Assembly (NCBI GenBank): GCA_001661245.1
Contig: KV454014.1
Location: forward strand, 636,954 to 700,953
DNA: 64,000 nt
DNA from: Pachysolen tannophilus NRRL Y-2460
Lineage: Eukaryota
Direction of reading: 5' to 3'
Every line of letters begins with the position of its first letter. The first letter of the stretch is position 1. The notes below the pieces were generated by a model. It saw only the letters and a list, made by a program, of their open reading frames with translations, was not told the DNA's origin and searched no databases. The position numbers and the translations under genes were made by a program. Shown here piece after piece: positions 1 through 11,476 of the stretch.

Positions 1-1923
1 TCTCAGAAAACTACAAAATTATCTGAACAATCAGAAGGTGTATTTCAAACATTGAGAACTGTTATCGAATCTCGTGGTAAGAAAAATGTTGATATTAATG
101 AGCAAGTCGCTTCCTTAGAGATGTTATTATCAGTTGTGGTTGATCCATTTGAACTAATATCAATTTACTTGATGCTCATCCCAATTAGATTTGATCTTTT
201 CTCAAATGCTGCATATATGTCAGTTGAAACTTGGAATTCTGTTTTCCAAGATATTTCTGCTTTATTCAAAATTTTGGAAGAAAATTCAAATACTTATCGT
301 GTCTTAGAAAATGCTGTTCCAACTGATGATATAGAAATTCAACCTGAATCTAATAAGGATGGAATTAAAGAAATATTGGGTTCCATCCCTTCATTAGTTG
401 AAAGATTAGATGATGAATTGACAAAATCATTACAAGTTATTGATCCGCATACAACTGAATATGTTGAAAGATTGAAAGATGAAGGTAAAATATATGATTT
501 GATTGTCAGATGTCAATTATATTGTGAATTGATTATACCAAAAGAAGAATATAAAGGAGTACTGGGAGAACAACTTGCGCGTGTTGTCTTGAGAAGAGTA
601 GAACACATTTACTATAAACCAGTTCAATTAATTATTCTTGCTGAAAAGACTACTTGGGCTAAGTTACAAGGAAGAGAATCAAAAATTTATCCAAAGATAA
701 ATGATCTTAATTTAAAGGGAAATTATTCTGATGGATTGTTAGATTCCTTGTGCTCAATATTATATACCCAATCAAATTCGATTTTCCGTAAAAAAGCAAT
801 GTTATGTCATATTTACTATTATGCTTTCAATGATAAATTCTACAGAGCTCGTGATATGTTTTTAATGTCGCATTTACAATCCACCATCCACACTTCTGAT
901 CCTCAATTGCAAGTTTTATTCAATAGAGCATTGGTGCAATTAGGTTTATGTGCATTCCGTTCTGGTTTAATCAATGATTCTCAGCAATTATTACAAGAGA
1001 TTGCTACATCTCAAAGATCAAAAGAATTGTTGGGACAAGGTACTCAAAGATATCAACAACAGCAGAGTTTGGTTGACAAACAAAGATTGTTACCATTTCA
1101 TATGCATATCAATTTAGAATTATTGGAATGTTGTTTCTTAACGGCTTCATTATTGATTGAAGTTCCAACATTTGCTAAAACAAATGATTTGAACTCAACA
1201 AAGCAACATACTTATAGCTCTGCTAAATCATTTAAAAGAGCATTGGAATATTTTGATAGACAATTTTTCCAAGGGCCACCAGAAAATGCTAAAGAACACA
1301 TTATGCATGCAGCAAAGGCTTTACAAAAGGGTGATTGGATTAAGGCAAGTGAATTGATTAATTCAATTAAGATTTGGGATTTGTTTAGCAAATCTGATGA
1401 ATTAAAAATTATGTTAAAATCAAAATTACAAGTTGAAGGACTAAGAACTTATTTGTTTACATTTAAGAATTTTTATGAAAAATTATCTATAGATAAATTG
1501 GCTAACGTTTTTCAAACTTCTGAACAAAAAGTAAATTCTGTTGTTTCCAAAATGATTTTTGAAGAAGAAATAAATGCAGCTTTGGATCAAAAGACAAATT
1601 CAATTATCTTTATCCAAGGTGTTGAAGTTTCAAAATTACAAGAATTGGCTTTACAATTGGCTGATAGAGCTGGACAATTAGCTGAACGTAATGAAAGAAT
1701 CGCTGCAGGTGGTCATCAAGGAAGTTCTCAATCAAACCAACAACAATCAAATAGCAACAATTCCAACAACAATAACAACAATCAACAATCTAACCAGCAC
1801 AACAGCTATGGTGTAAAATTGGCTCCAGTAACTGGTGCATTGGATTCAACACCAGGGAAAATATCAGGTGGGGCTTTAAATGGATTTGACAAGAGACAAA
1901 GAAAAAATCAATCAAGAAAATAG
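1..1923 (+). CDS. NIP1: eIF3 subunit c, 5'-truncated (frame open from base 1)
   Basis: Motifs ERLDDELTKSLQxIDPHTTEYVERL, ARDMFLMSHLQ, LPFHMHINLELLE and a C-terminal PCI domain. The listed TTG start at 52 is internal. Confidence 0.95.
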   Translation, partial: SQKTTKLSEQSEGVFQTLRTVIESRGKKNVDINEQVASLEMLLSVVVDPFELISIYLMLIPIRFDLFSNAAYMSVETWNSVFQDISALFKILEENSNTYRVLENAVPTDDIEIQPESNKDGIKEILGSIPSLVERLDDELTKSLQVIDPHTTEYVERLKDEGKIYDLIVRCQLYCELIIPKEEYKGVLGEQLARVVLRRVEHIYYKPVQLIILAEKTTWAKLQGRESKIYPKINDLNLKGNYSDGLLDSLCSILYTQSNSIFRKKAMLCHIYYYAFNDKFYRARDMFLMSHLQSTIHTSDPQLQVLFNRALVQLGLCAFRSGLINDSQQLLQEIATSQRSKELLGQGTQRYQQQQSLVDKQRLLPFHMHINLELLECCFLTASLLIEVPTFAKTNDLNSTKQHTYSSAKSFKRALEYFDRQFFQGPPENAKEHIMHAAKALQKGDWIKASELINSIKIWDLFSKSDELKIMLKSKLQVEGLRTYLFTFKNFYEKLSIDKLANVFQTSEQKVNSVVSKMIFEEEINAALDQKTNSIIFIQGVEVSKLQELALQLADRAGQLAERNERIAAGGHQGSSQSNQQQSNSNNSNNNNNNQQSNQHNSYGVKLAPVTGALDSTPGKISGGALNGFDKRQRKNQSRK

Positions 1924-2128
1924 AAAACAACCAAGATTTATTTTATTTCTCTCTTTTAAAAAATAATTCAATTTTATCATTACTACTTGTCACTTTATGT
2001 CTCTAACTGTTTGAAGGAAATGGAAGTTGCTTATATCCATGGATCTTAGGTAATCAAGGTTGTAAAAGTTTGCTTTGTATGTTTTACTCTCATAATTTTT
2101 TTTATGTATTCGTTTTCTGTTTCTTTCC

Positions 2129-2183
<55 letters not shown>

Positions 2184-2546
2184 NNNNNNNNNNNNNNNNN
2201 NNNNNNNNNNNNNNNNNNNNNNNNNNNNNNNNNNNNNNNNNNNNNNNNNNNNNNNNNNNNNNNNNNNNNNNNNNNNNNNNNNNNNNNNNNNNNNNNNNNN
2301 NNNNNNNNNNNNNNNNNNNNNNNNNNNNNNNNNNNNNNNNNNNNNNNNNNNNNNNNNNNNNNNNNNNNNNNNNNNNNNNNNNNNNNNNNNNNNNNNNNNN
2401 NNNNNNNNNNNNNNNNNNNNNNNNNNNNNNNNNNNNNNNNNNNNNNNNNNNNNNNNNNNNNNNNNNNNNNNNNNNNNNNNNNNNNNNNNNNNNNNNNNNN
2501 NNNNNNNNNNNNNNNNNNNNNNNNNNNNNNNNNNNNNNNNNNNNNN
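2184..2546. other. Assembly gap flanked by poly(A)/poly(T)
   Basis: Run of N; TTTCCC-poly(A) occurs on both sides. Confidence 0.99.
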
Positions 2547-2568
2547 TTTTTTTTTTTTTTTTTTTTCC

Positions 2569-2608
<40 letters not shown>

Positions 2609-3082
2609 AGAAAAAAGAAAAAAAAATTATTTCTTTATTAATTTTTTTTCAAGATTTATTCCTTTTATAAGTGAGCATGCATTCAATTTGACTACGTGAA
2701 GGCATTTAAATAAATATAATAAATGAAGATTGAAATTGTAGTTAAAACAAAAATCTTCAAACTGCCTTTTTCAACTGCGGTCCGAATTGTGATTTCTACA
2801 CGACTTGTTTTTTATTTAGAAAAAAAAAAATTATGCTTTGGCTCCCTTACATAATTAATAGTTAAGACCAAGCAAAAGCCAACAAACAAGTATTTATAAA
2901 ATAAAATAGGAAAAAGATATTTGAATCCGAATCAATGACAAATAAGGCTAGCATTTGAGCTGGTTTTTCAACAGTGTTTGATGTTTGATGTTTTGATGTT
3001 TTGATGTTTTGATGGTTAACTCAGTAGTTTTTATGATTTCGATTTGATTATTAAAATTTATAAATTTAGTAATAATATACAA

Positions 3083-3300
3083 ATGAGGTCTTTTATAAAA
3101 TCGCACAAGAAAAATAGCAGTGCAGACTCACCTGAAGTGGGTAATGATATATCTTTGAAGCAACTGCTGAGGCCTTTGAATCATAGCGCTTCGAATTTTA
3201 CGTTAAGAAGAGGTGTTCCGATATTATCTCCAAATATAGGAAGTGGGAAAAATTTTAATCATGTTAATGGCGGTTATTTAAATGATGATTTTAATAATGA

Positions 3301-3341
<41 letters not shown>

Positions 3342-5893
3342 GTAACAATGTTTTTGCAACATCACCTCCTCCAGTTTTCAAAACTACACCTACACCGCGC
3401 AGTGATGGTAAAATTTTCCATTCCCCCGTTACTGCAAATTTCCCAATTAATGAAAGTAAAAGATCAAAATTGAAAGGTTTTCTAAAACATAAAAGTTCAA
3501 AAAATTCCCTTTATCCGCAAACACAAGGTCATAATAACGTGAAGTCACCATCATCTCCAGTGCTATTGAATAAGAGTAAAAGTTTTGCTTCTTTAGTATG
3601 TTCAGATTTGCCTGAACATATTTTTGATAATAATGCTTCTTCAAAAGCTTATGTACCTATACCTCTATCCACATCGACCACTACAAATTTTAATAATACT
3701 CATAATGTCCAAAATATTATTCCAAAAGTTAATGTTAATAACGGTAATGATTCTTCTTTATCAATATTAGTCGATGATTCAAAGTTTTTAGGTAATTCTA
3801 ATGTTAATACTAATGCTAAAATTAATCAAATAAATAATGATAAAAGCCGTGTTTCTACTTCTACTTCAACAGTTTTAACATCAAATCAAGATTCATTAAT
3901 TAGTGCAAAGTTAAATTATCAAACAACGGGAACCACCTCGTCGGTGGAATCAAATACCCATTTGAACAATGTCAAGGAAATCCAGCCTCTCAGTAATAGA
4001 TCTCAATATTCGTTTCAAAGTTCTAACATTAATCTTGACTCAAATTTAAATTCCTCAAAAGAAAAACAATCGAGTCATTTAGACAAAAATGAAACTAAAG
4101 GCATTAATGAGAATACAAATATTAGGTTCCCATCTCTTTCTGATTCCACTTCAGGATCTTCTTCTTCGTCCCAATTTTCATTTGAAGCAAATAATACCTA
4201 TGGAAGAAGTTCATCCATAAAATATTATAAAAAACCAGAAGATGTTGAGTCAGAAATAAGAGGGAAAAGAATAAAAAAAGGTAGAAAATATATTGATGAT
4301 TTCATAGGTGAAGATTATGATATTTCTGAACTCAATGATGATAATAACTATCTTGATTCTGACATTGAAGATGACACAGAAGAACTATTTAACAGGAAAC
4401 TTTTTCCTAGTGATGACGAAGATGAAAAGGATATTTACGGTTTGAAAGAGAATGTGATACTTGGTGAAATAAATGATGTTGATGGAACTGATACCGAGAG
4501 TATAACGACGGAAAATAATTATGAATATACAGATGAAGATGACGATATCGGAGGGGAAGCTACCAAATACGAGGATTACGAAATATCGGACGTTGAATGT
4601 GATGTTGATGTTGCTAATGCTGATGTTAATGATAATGCTGTTGCTGATACTAATGCTATTGCTGATGATAATGCTATTGCTGATGATAATGCTATTGCTG
4701 ATGATGATGATCATGATGCTGTTGCTGACGATAATGCTAATGCTGATGCTGGCTATCTTCAAGTAGAAGTTGCTCTACTTAACGAATCTCAGGAAGATTT
4801 GATACATGAAAAACTTACTTCTGAGGAACATAATGTTTCACGAACTCTTGATCCTGAGGCTGATAAAAGTCTCGATGAAATTCAAGAAATGAATTATAAG
4901 CAAATACCTCGTCTACCGAAAGCCGCAAGTAAAACTGGAATTTCAGCTCATGATAAGGGAAAGATAGCTCTGACTACTAAAAATTCTAATACTTTTACTC
5001 ATCAAGGGCCAAGTCTAAAGTCATTGAAGATAAAATATCACCATTTATCTTCTACTATGGATCAAGATTTAAATTTCTTGAATTCAAAATATTCATGGTA
5101 TGTTAATGATGAACAGTCTCTTCAGATATCAAAATTTTTGAAAAAAGGCAATCTGTCTGATTCATTATCGTCTAATAAACATTTTTTGGATGTTCCAGAA
5201 ACTCTGAATAGATTAAACACCCCTCATTTGATTTCTCCAGAGATCGAGATACACAGTAGTAACAAGTCAGATTCTTCCGACTCGGATTTCAAGTTTGATA
5301 ATAACCTCCTGGGCATATCTTCTGCTTCAAGTGATAAGTTTGATGATTCGTTGATTGATGAGATTAATCAAATGCCAGAAGATTTTGAATTTGAGGAATT
5401 TGAATTTTACGATGCCAATAGCATTAGCAATAGCAATAGAATCGGAGCGCTGCCTAAAAATAATCATAGCAATAATAGACGGAGGCAAGCATCAAAGTCA
5501 ACACTGCATATACCAAATAAAAACAATGGAGTTACCTCGTCATCAGGATATCTGCCTGGTAAAAACTTTAAAACCAATAATAAAACAGTTACATTATTCA
5601 ATAATTCATCATATAAAAAAAATTCGTCAACTATTTTCGATGGTAACATTGCTAAAAATGATCCTCCTACAGATAATGAATTTACAAATGAACTTGGAAT
5701 TGCGTACGCTCATCAGATAAACAATAGTTTAAACAGTTTGAATATAGATGATAGTGATCTAGATGACTTGAGTTATATCACCCCTATCAATTCACTAAAT
5801 GTTCAACCAAATTATGGTCTAACAGCTGATGGTTCCCCTTTGACAACTATCAGCGAAGGCTCCTTTGACTTGACTCCCCCGCGGAGAAGCTGA
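3083..5893 (+). CDS. ZRG8: Zrg8-like low-complexity protein
   Basis: First ATG at 3083 gives MRSFIKSHKK, resembling the S. cerevisiae Zrg8 N-terminus (MRSFIKAHKK, recalled). C-terminal DEINQMPEDFEF and LTTISE blocks. Confidence 0.75.
4625..4714 (+). repeat. In-frame 18-bp minisatellite (GCTGATGATAATGCTATT; ADDNAI)
   Basis: Exact copies at 4661-4678 and 4679-4696 with degenerate flanking copies. Confidence 0.9.
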
Positions 5894-8784
5894 AAAGAGA
5901 AAAATTTAACCACCAAGTTCAAAGACTTTTTTTTGAAGTGTGGTCGGTCCTATGTACAATTAACTTCCTTTGACATTTATCTAGTGAGCAGTTGTCTGTC
6001 ATTAATTATGAACATAATTAGGATTGTAATCCAATAGAAACTTCGGTACATAGTAAAATAAAAAATAATTGAAATTTGTTTCACTTTCTTATCACAGTTT
6101 TGTCTAGTAAATTGATAGAATTGACTAGGTCTTTATGCAATTCAATCACATTCATTTATGAAAAGTGTTTATATTTGATATTCCAAAATCTTCATGCATG
6201 TCTTCTTGTTGCTGTATTAAAACCTTAAATTCATACTCTTAACTGGATTAACTGACCTTTTTCACTTAAGTTGAAAATTATTGTAAGTAAATAATATGAG
6301 TGATCTGATTTTTTTATTCATATGCAATCAACCTCTTGCATGTCTGAACCCAATATCATAAATGCAAAAATGTGTTGGATATCAGTTTTAAATCTGTATG
6401 TTATTTTGAAATCTTAATAAGAATCTTGCGTTTTTGCTATATTAAATTTTCATTTCAAATCCTGGATTTAGTCGGATAGACTGAAGCCATTGGATCGACA
6501 TAAACAAACTCATAATTTTTTTTGCTTCATCTTAAATTACTTGGGAACACTTTCATTCAATTCCAGAGTTTTTGTTTTTATGCAAAATTTTTTGAAGTGG
6601 TTTATTAGCTATGTCCTTTGTGCCAGTAGACAGACCAAGTTTTAAAACTTATTTTCATTTCAAACTTAGAAAAATTTACAATTTTTTGAAAACTTAAAAT
6701 ATTTACTTTCTAATCTTTCAAACTATCATTAATTACCTTACTATGATTGTCATCAGTTTTTTTTTTAAAGTGAATACCTTAAAATTTACTGATTTTCGGT
6801 TTGCATGAACAAAATATGGTTTTGCTTAATCAAATAGATTGTATCTGGCTAAAATTTACTTCTTTTTAACTTTTTGTACTGACTGATATACTGGTTTTCA
6901 ATTTTTTTTTATTTTTTTATTTTGACATTGACATTGTATAATAAATTCTTTAAAGCTCAAGTTTCTTCAACTTTTTAGTAAAGAAAAGGAATTTTTACTG
7001 ATTTTTTTTTTTTTTTTTCTGCTTCAGAAGCTAGAAGCTGGTTTGTACATTCACCAAAACATGGCACTATTCGTAGTTGAAAATAAAAGAAAAGTTTTTC
7101 ATCTTAAAAAATATTCAAGGTTTACCTTAGTTGTCTTTTTCGTTAAATAAAAGAAATGGTTTTTTCAAATCTTAAAGTTATTTTAATTAAGATATAGATC
7201 TAATCTCTGCTTAAGGTTTGACAGCAGAAATTTTTGATTTTATTAAAACAATAACAAACTTGTTGAAAAAACTCTTTTTACGGTTGTAATTGCCGTTGAA
7301 ATTTTTAACGTTAGTTTTACCAAAACTAAGGTGCTAATCATAAATTTCTCGGTCGCTGTAACTTACTTTGAATAAAAGTTTTTTAAAACTTATGACTTGT
7401 GAAATGCTTACAGTAAATCCGAGATTTTAATGTTTGCTCTTGGATGTTTCAGTTATTTTTGTTTTAGTATTGCAGGAAATTAGGCAGTTTCATTTAATTT
7501 ATGCATTTTCCGTTTCTGTAGCAAAAATTTTAAGAATTGTTCGTTTTCTTTAACATGAAAATTGAGTAATTTGGATATCTCCGGCTGATTTCACTTTATA
7601 GTCTCCAAAAAATCGAATTCTTAACTTCTCAGGCATTTATTAATAAATAAAATTTGTTATTTTTGGCTTTGGAATTGGAGTTCATGCTAATATTGGATTT
7701 CATAAGAATTTTTCTTTCTCAAATTTCACTTTCGAACATTTGAAGTAGTTTTTTTTTTTTAAGAAAAAAAAAATGGGTCCACTGATTGCAAGAATTAACA
7801 TATATCCAAAATTAAAGCAGCTAGAATTTTTGAATACCAAAATTAATATTCGGCAGATGGAAAAGAGAAGTAAGAGGGGATTCCTTTGGTAACAATGGAT
7901 TATCAAATAAAAAAAAAAAAAAAAAAAAGGAAGTAATTAAATTGTGATTTCTATTTGATTTTCTCGACTAAAAAGAAAAATTTCCACTGCAGAAAGAATA
8001 AGTCACTAAAATCAGGAAATCCGTTTGTATTATTATTATTATTATTATTTTAATTCTATAAGATATCTAAAAACATGACAATTTGAATATTATATTGACC
8101 TCAAAATGTTATACGGGACGGGATATTTTATGAAATAAATTTAACTTGAGCCTCGCGTTTAAAACAATTATGCAAGTCTTACTATTATGCATCTTTTTAT
8201 AACCGGAACTTAGCTCATCACATGAGAGATTTGTATGGTTATGAGTTTAAATTCCGGAGTATAATAGAGTCCTGCATTTTATTTACATTTTTCCCAAAGA
8301 GGATAATTAATGAGATAAGGAAATTTTTATAAAGATTTCTCTTCTCTAGAAAAATGAATTTATTAAATAGAAAGAATAATAATTCTAATAAAATCTAGAA
8401 TAAAACAAATCAAAGCTATATAATATGTGATATATGAAGAAATTTTTAATTTTGTGACTGAAAGGAATACAAAATAAAAGAGATTGAAGAATTTTTTTTT
8501 TAAAAAAAAAGAAATCAAATGGATAAATTTAGAAGTTGATAAATAAAAAAAAAAAAAAACTCATTTAACCCTAGTCTAAATGAAGAAGCAGAGAAAAAAA
8601 AAAATCTAGAAAGATGCAAAAACCTTTTAAAACCAATAGACCCAAAATGACAAATAAAAATGAACTCCTGAAATATAATATAAGAAAAATTTAAAAGCAA
8701 AAAGCAAAAGCAAAAAAAAAAAAATAAAAATGACTGCAAAAAGCAAAATAAGAACTTTTGTTCTTAATCTGATTATATATTTAA

Positions 8785-10644
8785 TCAGTTATTAACCTTT
8801 GTTTGATAATAATTTCTTTTAGGTTTATATTTATAATTAGGATAAACCTTCTGATGAATTTTTTTCTCAATTTCGCTAAACTGCGCAAAACGTTGTTTAA
8901 CTTCTTCGGATTCTGTTTGCCAAAGCATGCTAATAACGTGTCCTAAAACTGAATGAGAAACTTTGTTAATGCTCAATCTAGAATTGATAAAATCAATAAA
9001 TGGAGTAGCAGCATTTTCATCATTATCTTCGATTATGTCAAATATTCTATGTAATATGGCCAATTCTTGTTTATTTTTACCGTAATCAGAACTGATCATC
9101 TTATTTTCATAGCTGCTAAAGACTTCATCAATTATTGGACTGACTGAGTCAATCAAGTTTAATAGATGGATAAATTTCATCATTGAAGCTCTGTAAATCA
9201 TGAATGAATTTAATGGTCTCTTTACATAATTTTCATCTAAATTACGATTTTTGTGCGATGATGATGAAAACATTTCGTTTGTACCATTAATGTTATATAT
9301 ATGTCTCAAATTTGACATGATACCGTTATTTAATTGTCTTTTATTTTCTTTTTCTAAAATATCATTTTCACCAACAGATGATTTTACCTCAATATAATAT
9401 ATTCCTTCTCCTTTTTGCTGAAAAGGCATATCTGCAGTGGATCTAACATCATCACCAGCCCCTAAGATTTGATTATGAGCCAATAACCTTAACTTTTCAA
9501 GTTTATGATCCATCATAAATAAGTTTTGAATTGTTTGCAATTCTTCCACAGAAACTTTATTATTTTTGAAAGAATTGATTTCTTTAAGATAATTCCATCT
9601 TTCAAGACTAAATTTGGTTAATTTGATCCAAGCTTTTGTCTTATAATGTGAAGCTTCAATGTTGGAAATATCCGTCGGATAAGGAATAAATGTATTCAAT
9701 TTTGGAATTGCAAATCTTTTAGATAAAGTGTAATGAAAGTGTTGAATAAAAGTAGAATGTTCGACACCAGATAATAGCCTTGTTGTAGATTGCATAGTGT
9801 TCGATATTAATGCTAACTTCGGTGTTGGGATTTTCAACTTTACCATGAATTTTTTTGATTGAAATGGTTGATATTCCATATCTGTTTTATCTCCTGTTGA
9901 TTCTACCTTATCATCTAAAAAATATTCAGGTTCATTGTCATCAGCAATACCGGTTTGCTGAAATGAAATTTCCTTTATAATTTCATAATTTCTCTTGTAG
10001 TCATTATAAATTAATGGATTCTGATAAGCATTGATTGCATTTGTCTTTTTAGAGATTTCTGAAACTTTTCCCGTTGGAAATTCAGATTCATTATCGCTGA
10101 AATGATTTGTATCAATGTAACTTCCTGTGTCAAAAGTACTAGAAGGAGTCAGAGGAGTCAATGCTAGACTTTGAAGTGTTAAGGAACTTGAAACAGTACC
10201 AGCAGAAGATCTTCTTGAAACTTCAGATTCAGAAATCGATATTGAATCTTCTTTTTCTGAAAATTCGGACGACAACAATTTTGTTATGGCAGTTATATCC
10301 TGATTGCTATCAATTATTACCGGTTTTTCCTCTGAAGAATCGATGTTGTGTTCTGGAAAATAAAAAGAAAGTTCATTCATAACGTTGTTTCCATTTTCTT
10401 GTTCACAACTGGTTGGACTTAAACATATATTGTCTTTTTTAAAGTAACTGATGTCTTTATCTAAAGTATTTCTGACATTATTGAAGTTTTTATTATAAAA
10501 AACGGAAGCCACCTCATGGTATAGATCAAAGTGGTCGGACTTAAACCCAATAAAATCGTTATTGTTGAATTCAATATTATTTTGTTGTTGTGGTTGTTGC
10601 TGTTGCTTTAATTCCTTCGTTTCCAAAAACTTTGATGCTGTCAT
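8785..10644 (-). CDS. MATA/SOX-type HMG-box transcription factor, 619 aa, C-terminal split HMG box
   Basis: VKRPLNSFMIYR ... long insert ... HSVLGHVISMLWQTESEEVKQRFAQFSEIEKKIHQKVYPNYKYKPKR. Confidence 0.85.
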   Translation of the reverse strand: MTASKFLETKELKQQQQPQQQNNIEFNNNDFIGFKSDHFDLYHEVASVFYNKNFNNVRNTLDKDISYFKKDNICLSPTSCEQENGNNVMNELSFYFPEHNIDSSEEKPVIIDSNQDITAITKLLSSEFSEKEDSISISESEVSRRSSAGTVSSSLTLQSLALTPLTPSSTFDTGSYIDTNHFSDNESEFPTGKVSEISKKTNAINAYQNPLIYNDYKRNYEIIKEISFQQTGIADDNEPEYFLDDKVESTGDKTDMEYQPFQSKKFMVKLKIPTPKLALISNTMQSTTRLLSGVEHSTFIQHFHYTLSKRFAIPKLNTFIPYPTDISNIEASHYKTKAWIKLTKFSLERWNYLKEINSFKNNKVSVEELQTIQNLFMMDHKLEKLRLLAHNQILGAGDDVRSTADMPFQQKGEGIYYIEVKSSVGENDILEKENKRQLNNGIMSNLRHIYNINGTNEMFSSSSHKNRNLDENYVKRPLNSFMIYRASMMKFIHLLNLIDSVSPIIDEVFSSYENKMISSDYGKNKQELAILHRIFDIIEDNDENAATPFIDFINSRLSINKVSHSVLGHVISMLWQTESEEVKQRFAQFSEIEKKIHQKVYPNYKYKPKRNYYQTKVNN

Positions 10645-11078
10645 GTCTTGTCTTTTATTTTTTTGTTTTTTGCTTATTTCTTCAAGTAGTTAATATGCAA
10701 GTGAATAGAGCAATATACAAGAAAAAATAAAAAAGTTCAAGACTCTTTATTTTTTTATTTTTTTTTTTTCAGCAGATTAGCATTTATATATATGTATATA
10801 CATGTATATACATATATACAATTAGCTAAAAAAGATCCAACACTTAAATTATACTTGGCTTCTTAACTTTGAAGATTTGAAAATAAAAAAAAAAAATAAT
10901 AATAATAATAAAATAAAATAAAATAAAAGTGTAAAAATAAATATACCCAGCCAAAATCCAAAAAAAAGAGACAACCCGACTTAGTTAGTACTGAAGCTAA
11001 TCTGCAAACAAGAAACAAGAAATCGATAATTCTGCTAGTTCTATTCTAGTTGAAATTACTTTTTTTTTTTTTTTTTAT

Positions 11079-11476
11079 NNNNNNNNNNNNNNNNNNNNNN
11101 NNNNNNNNNNNNNNNNNNNNNNNNNNNNNNNNNNNNNNNNNNNNNNNNNNNNNNNNNNNNNNNNNNNNNNNNNNNNNNNNNNNNNNNNNNNNNNNNNNNN
11201 NNNNNNNNNNNNNNNNNNNNNNNNNNNNNNNNNNNNNNNNNNNNNNNNNNNNNNNNNNNNNNNNNNNNNNNNNNNNNNNNNNNNNNNNNNNNNNNNNNNN
11301 NNNNNNNNNNNNNNNNNNNNNNNNNNNNNNNNNNNNNNNNNNNNNNNNNNNNNNNNNNNNNNNNNNNNNNNNNNNNNNNNNNNNNNNNNNNNNNNNNNNN
11401 NNNNNNNNNNNNNNNNNNNNNNNNNNNNNNNNNNNNNNNNNNNNNNNNNNNNNNNNNNNNNNNNNNNNNNNNNNNN
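11079..11476. other. Assembly gap
   Basis: Run of N after a poly(T) tract. Confidence 0.99.

Noticed and set aside
1990..2699. ORFs spanning N-gaps (also 11050-11508 and 13949-14465)
   Set aside because: Made of X, poly-K and poly-F from gaps and homopolymers
8785..10644. MAT locus (MATa2) call
   Set aside because: Protein is far longer than typical a2; no a1/alpha genes, SLA2/DIC1 neighbours or inverted repeats are visible
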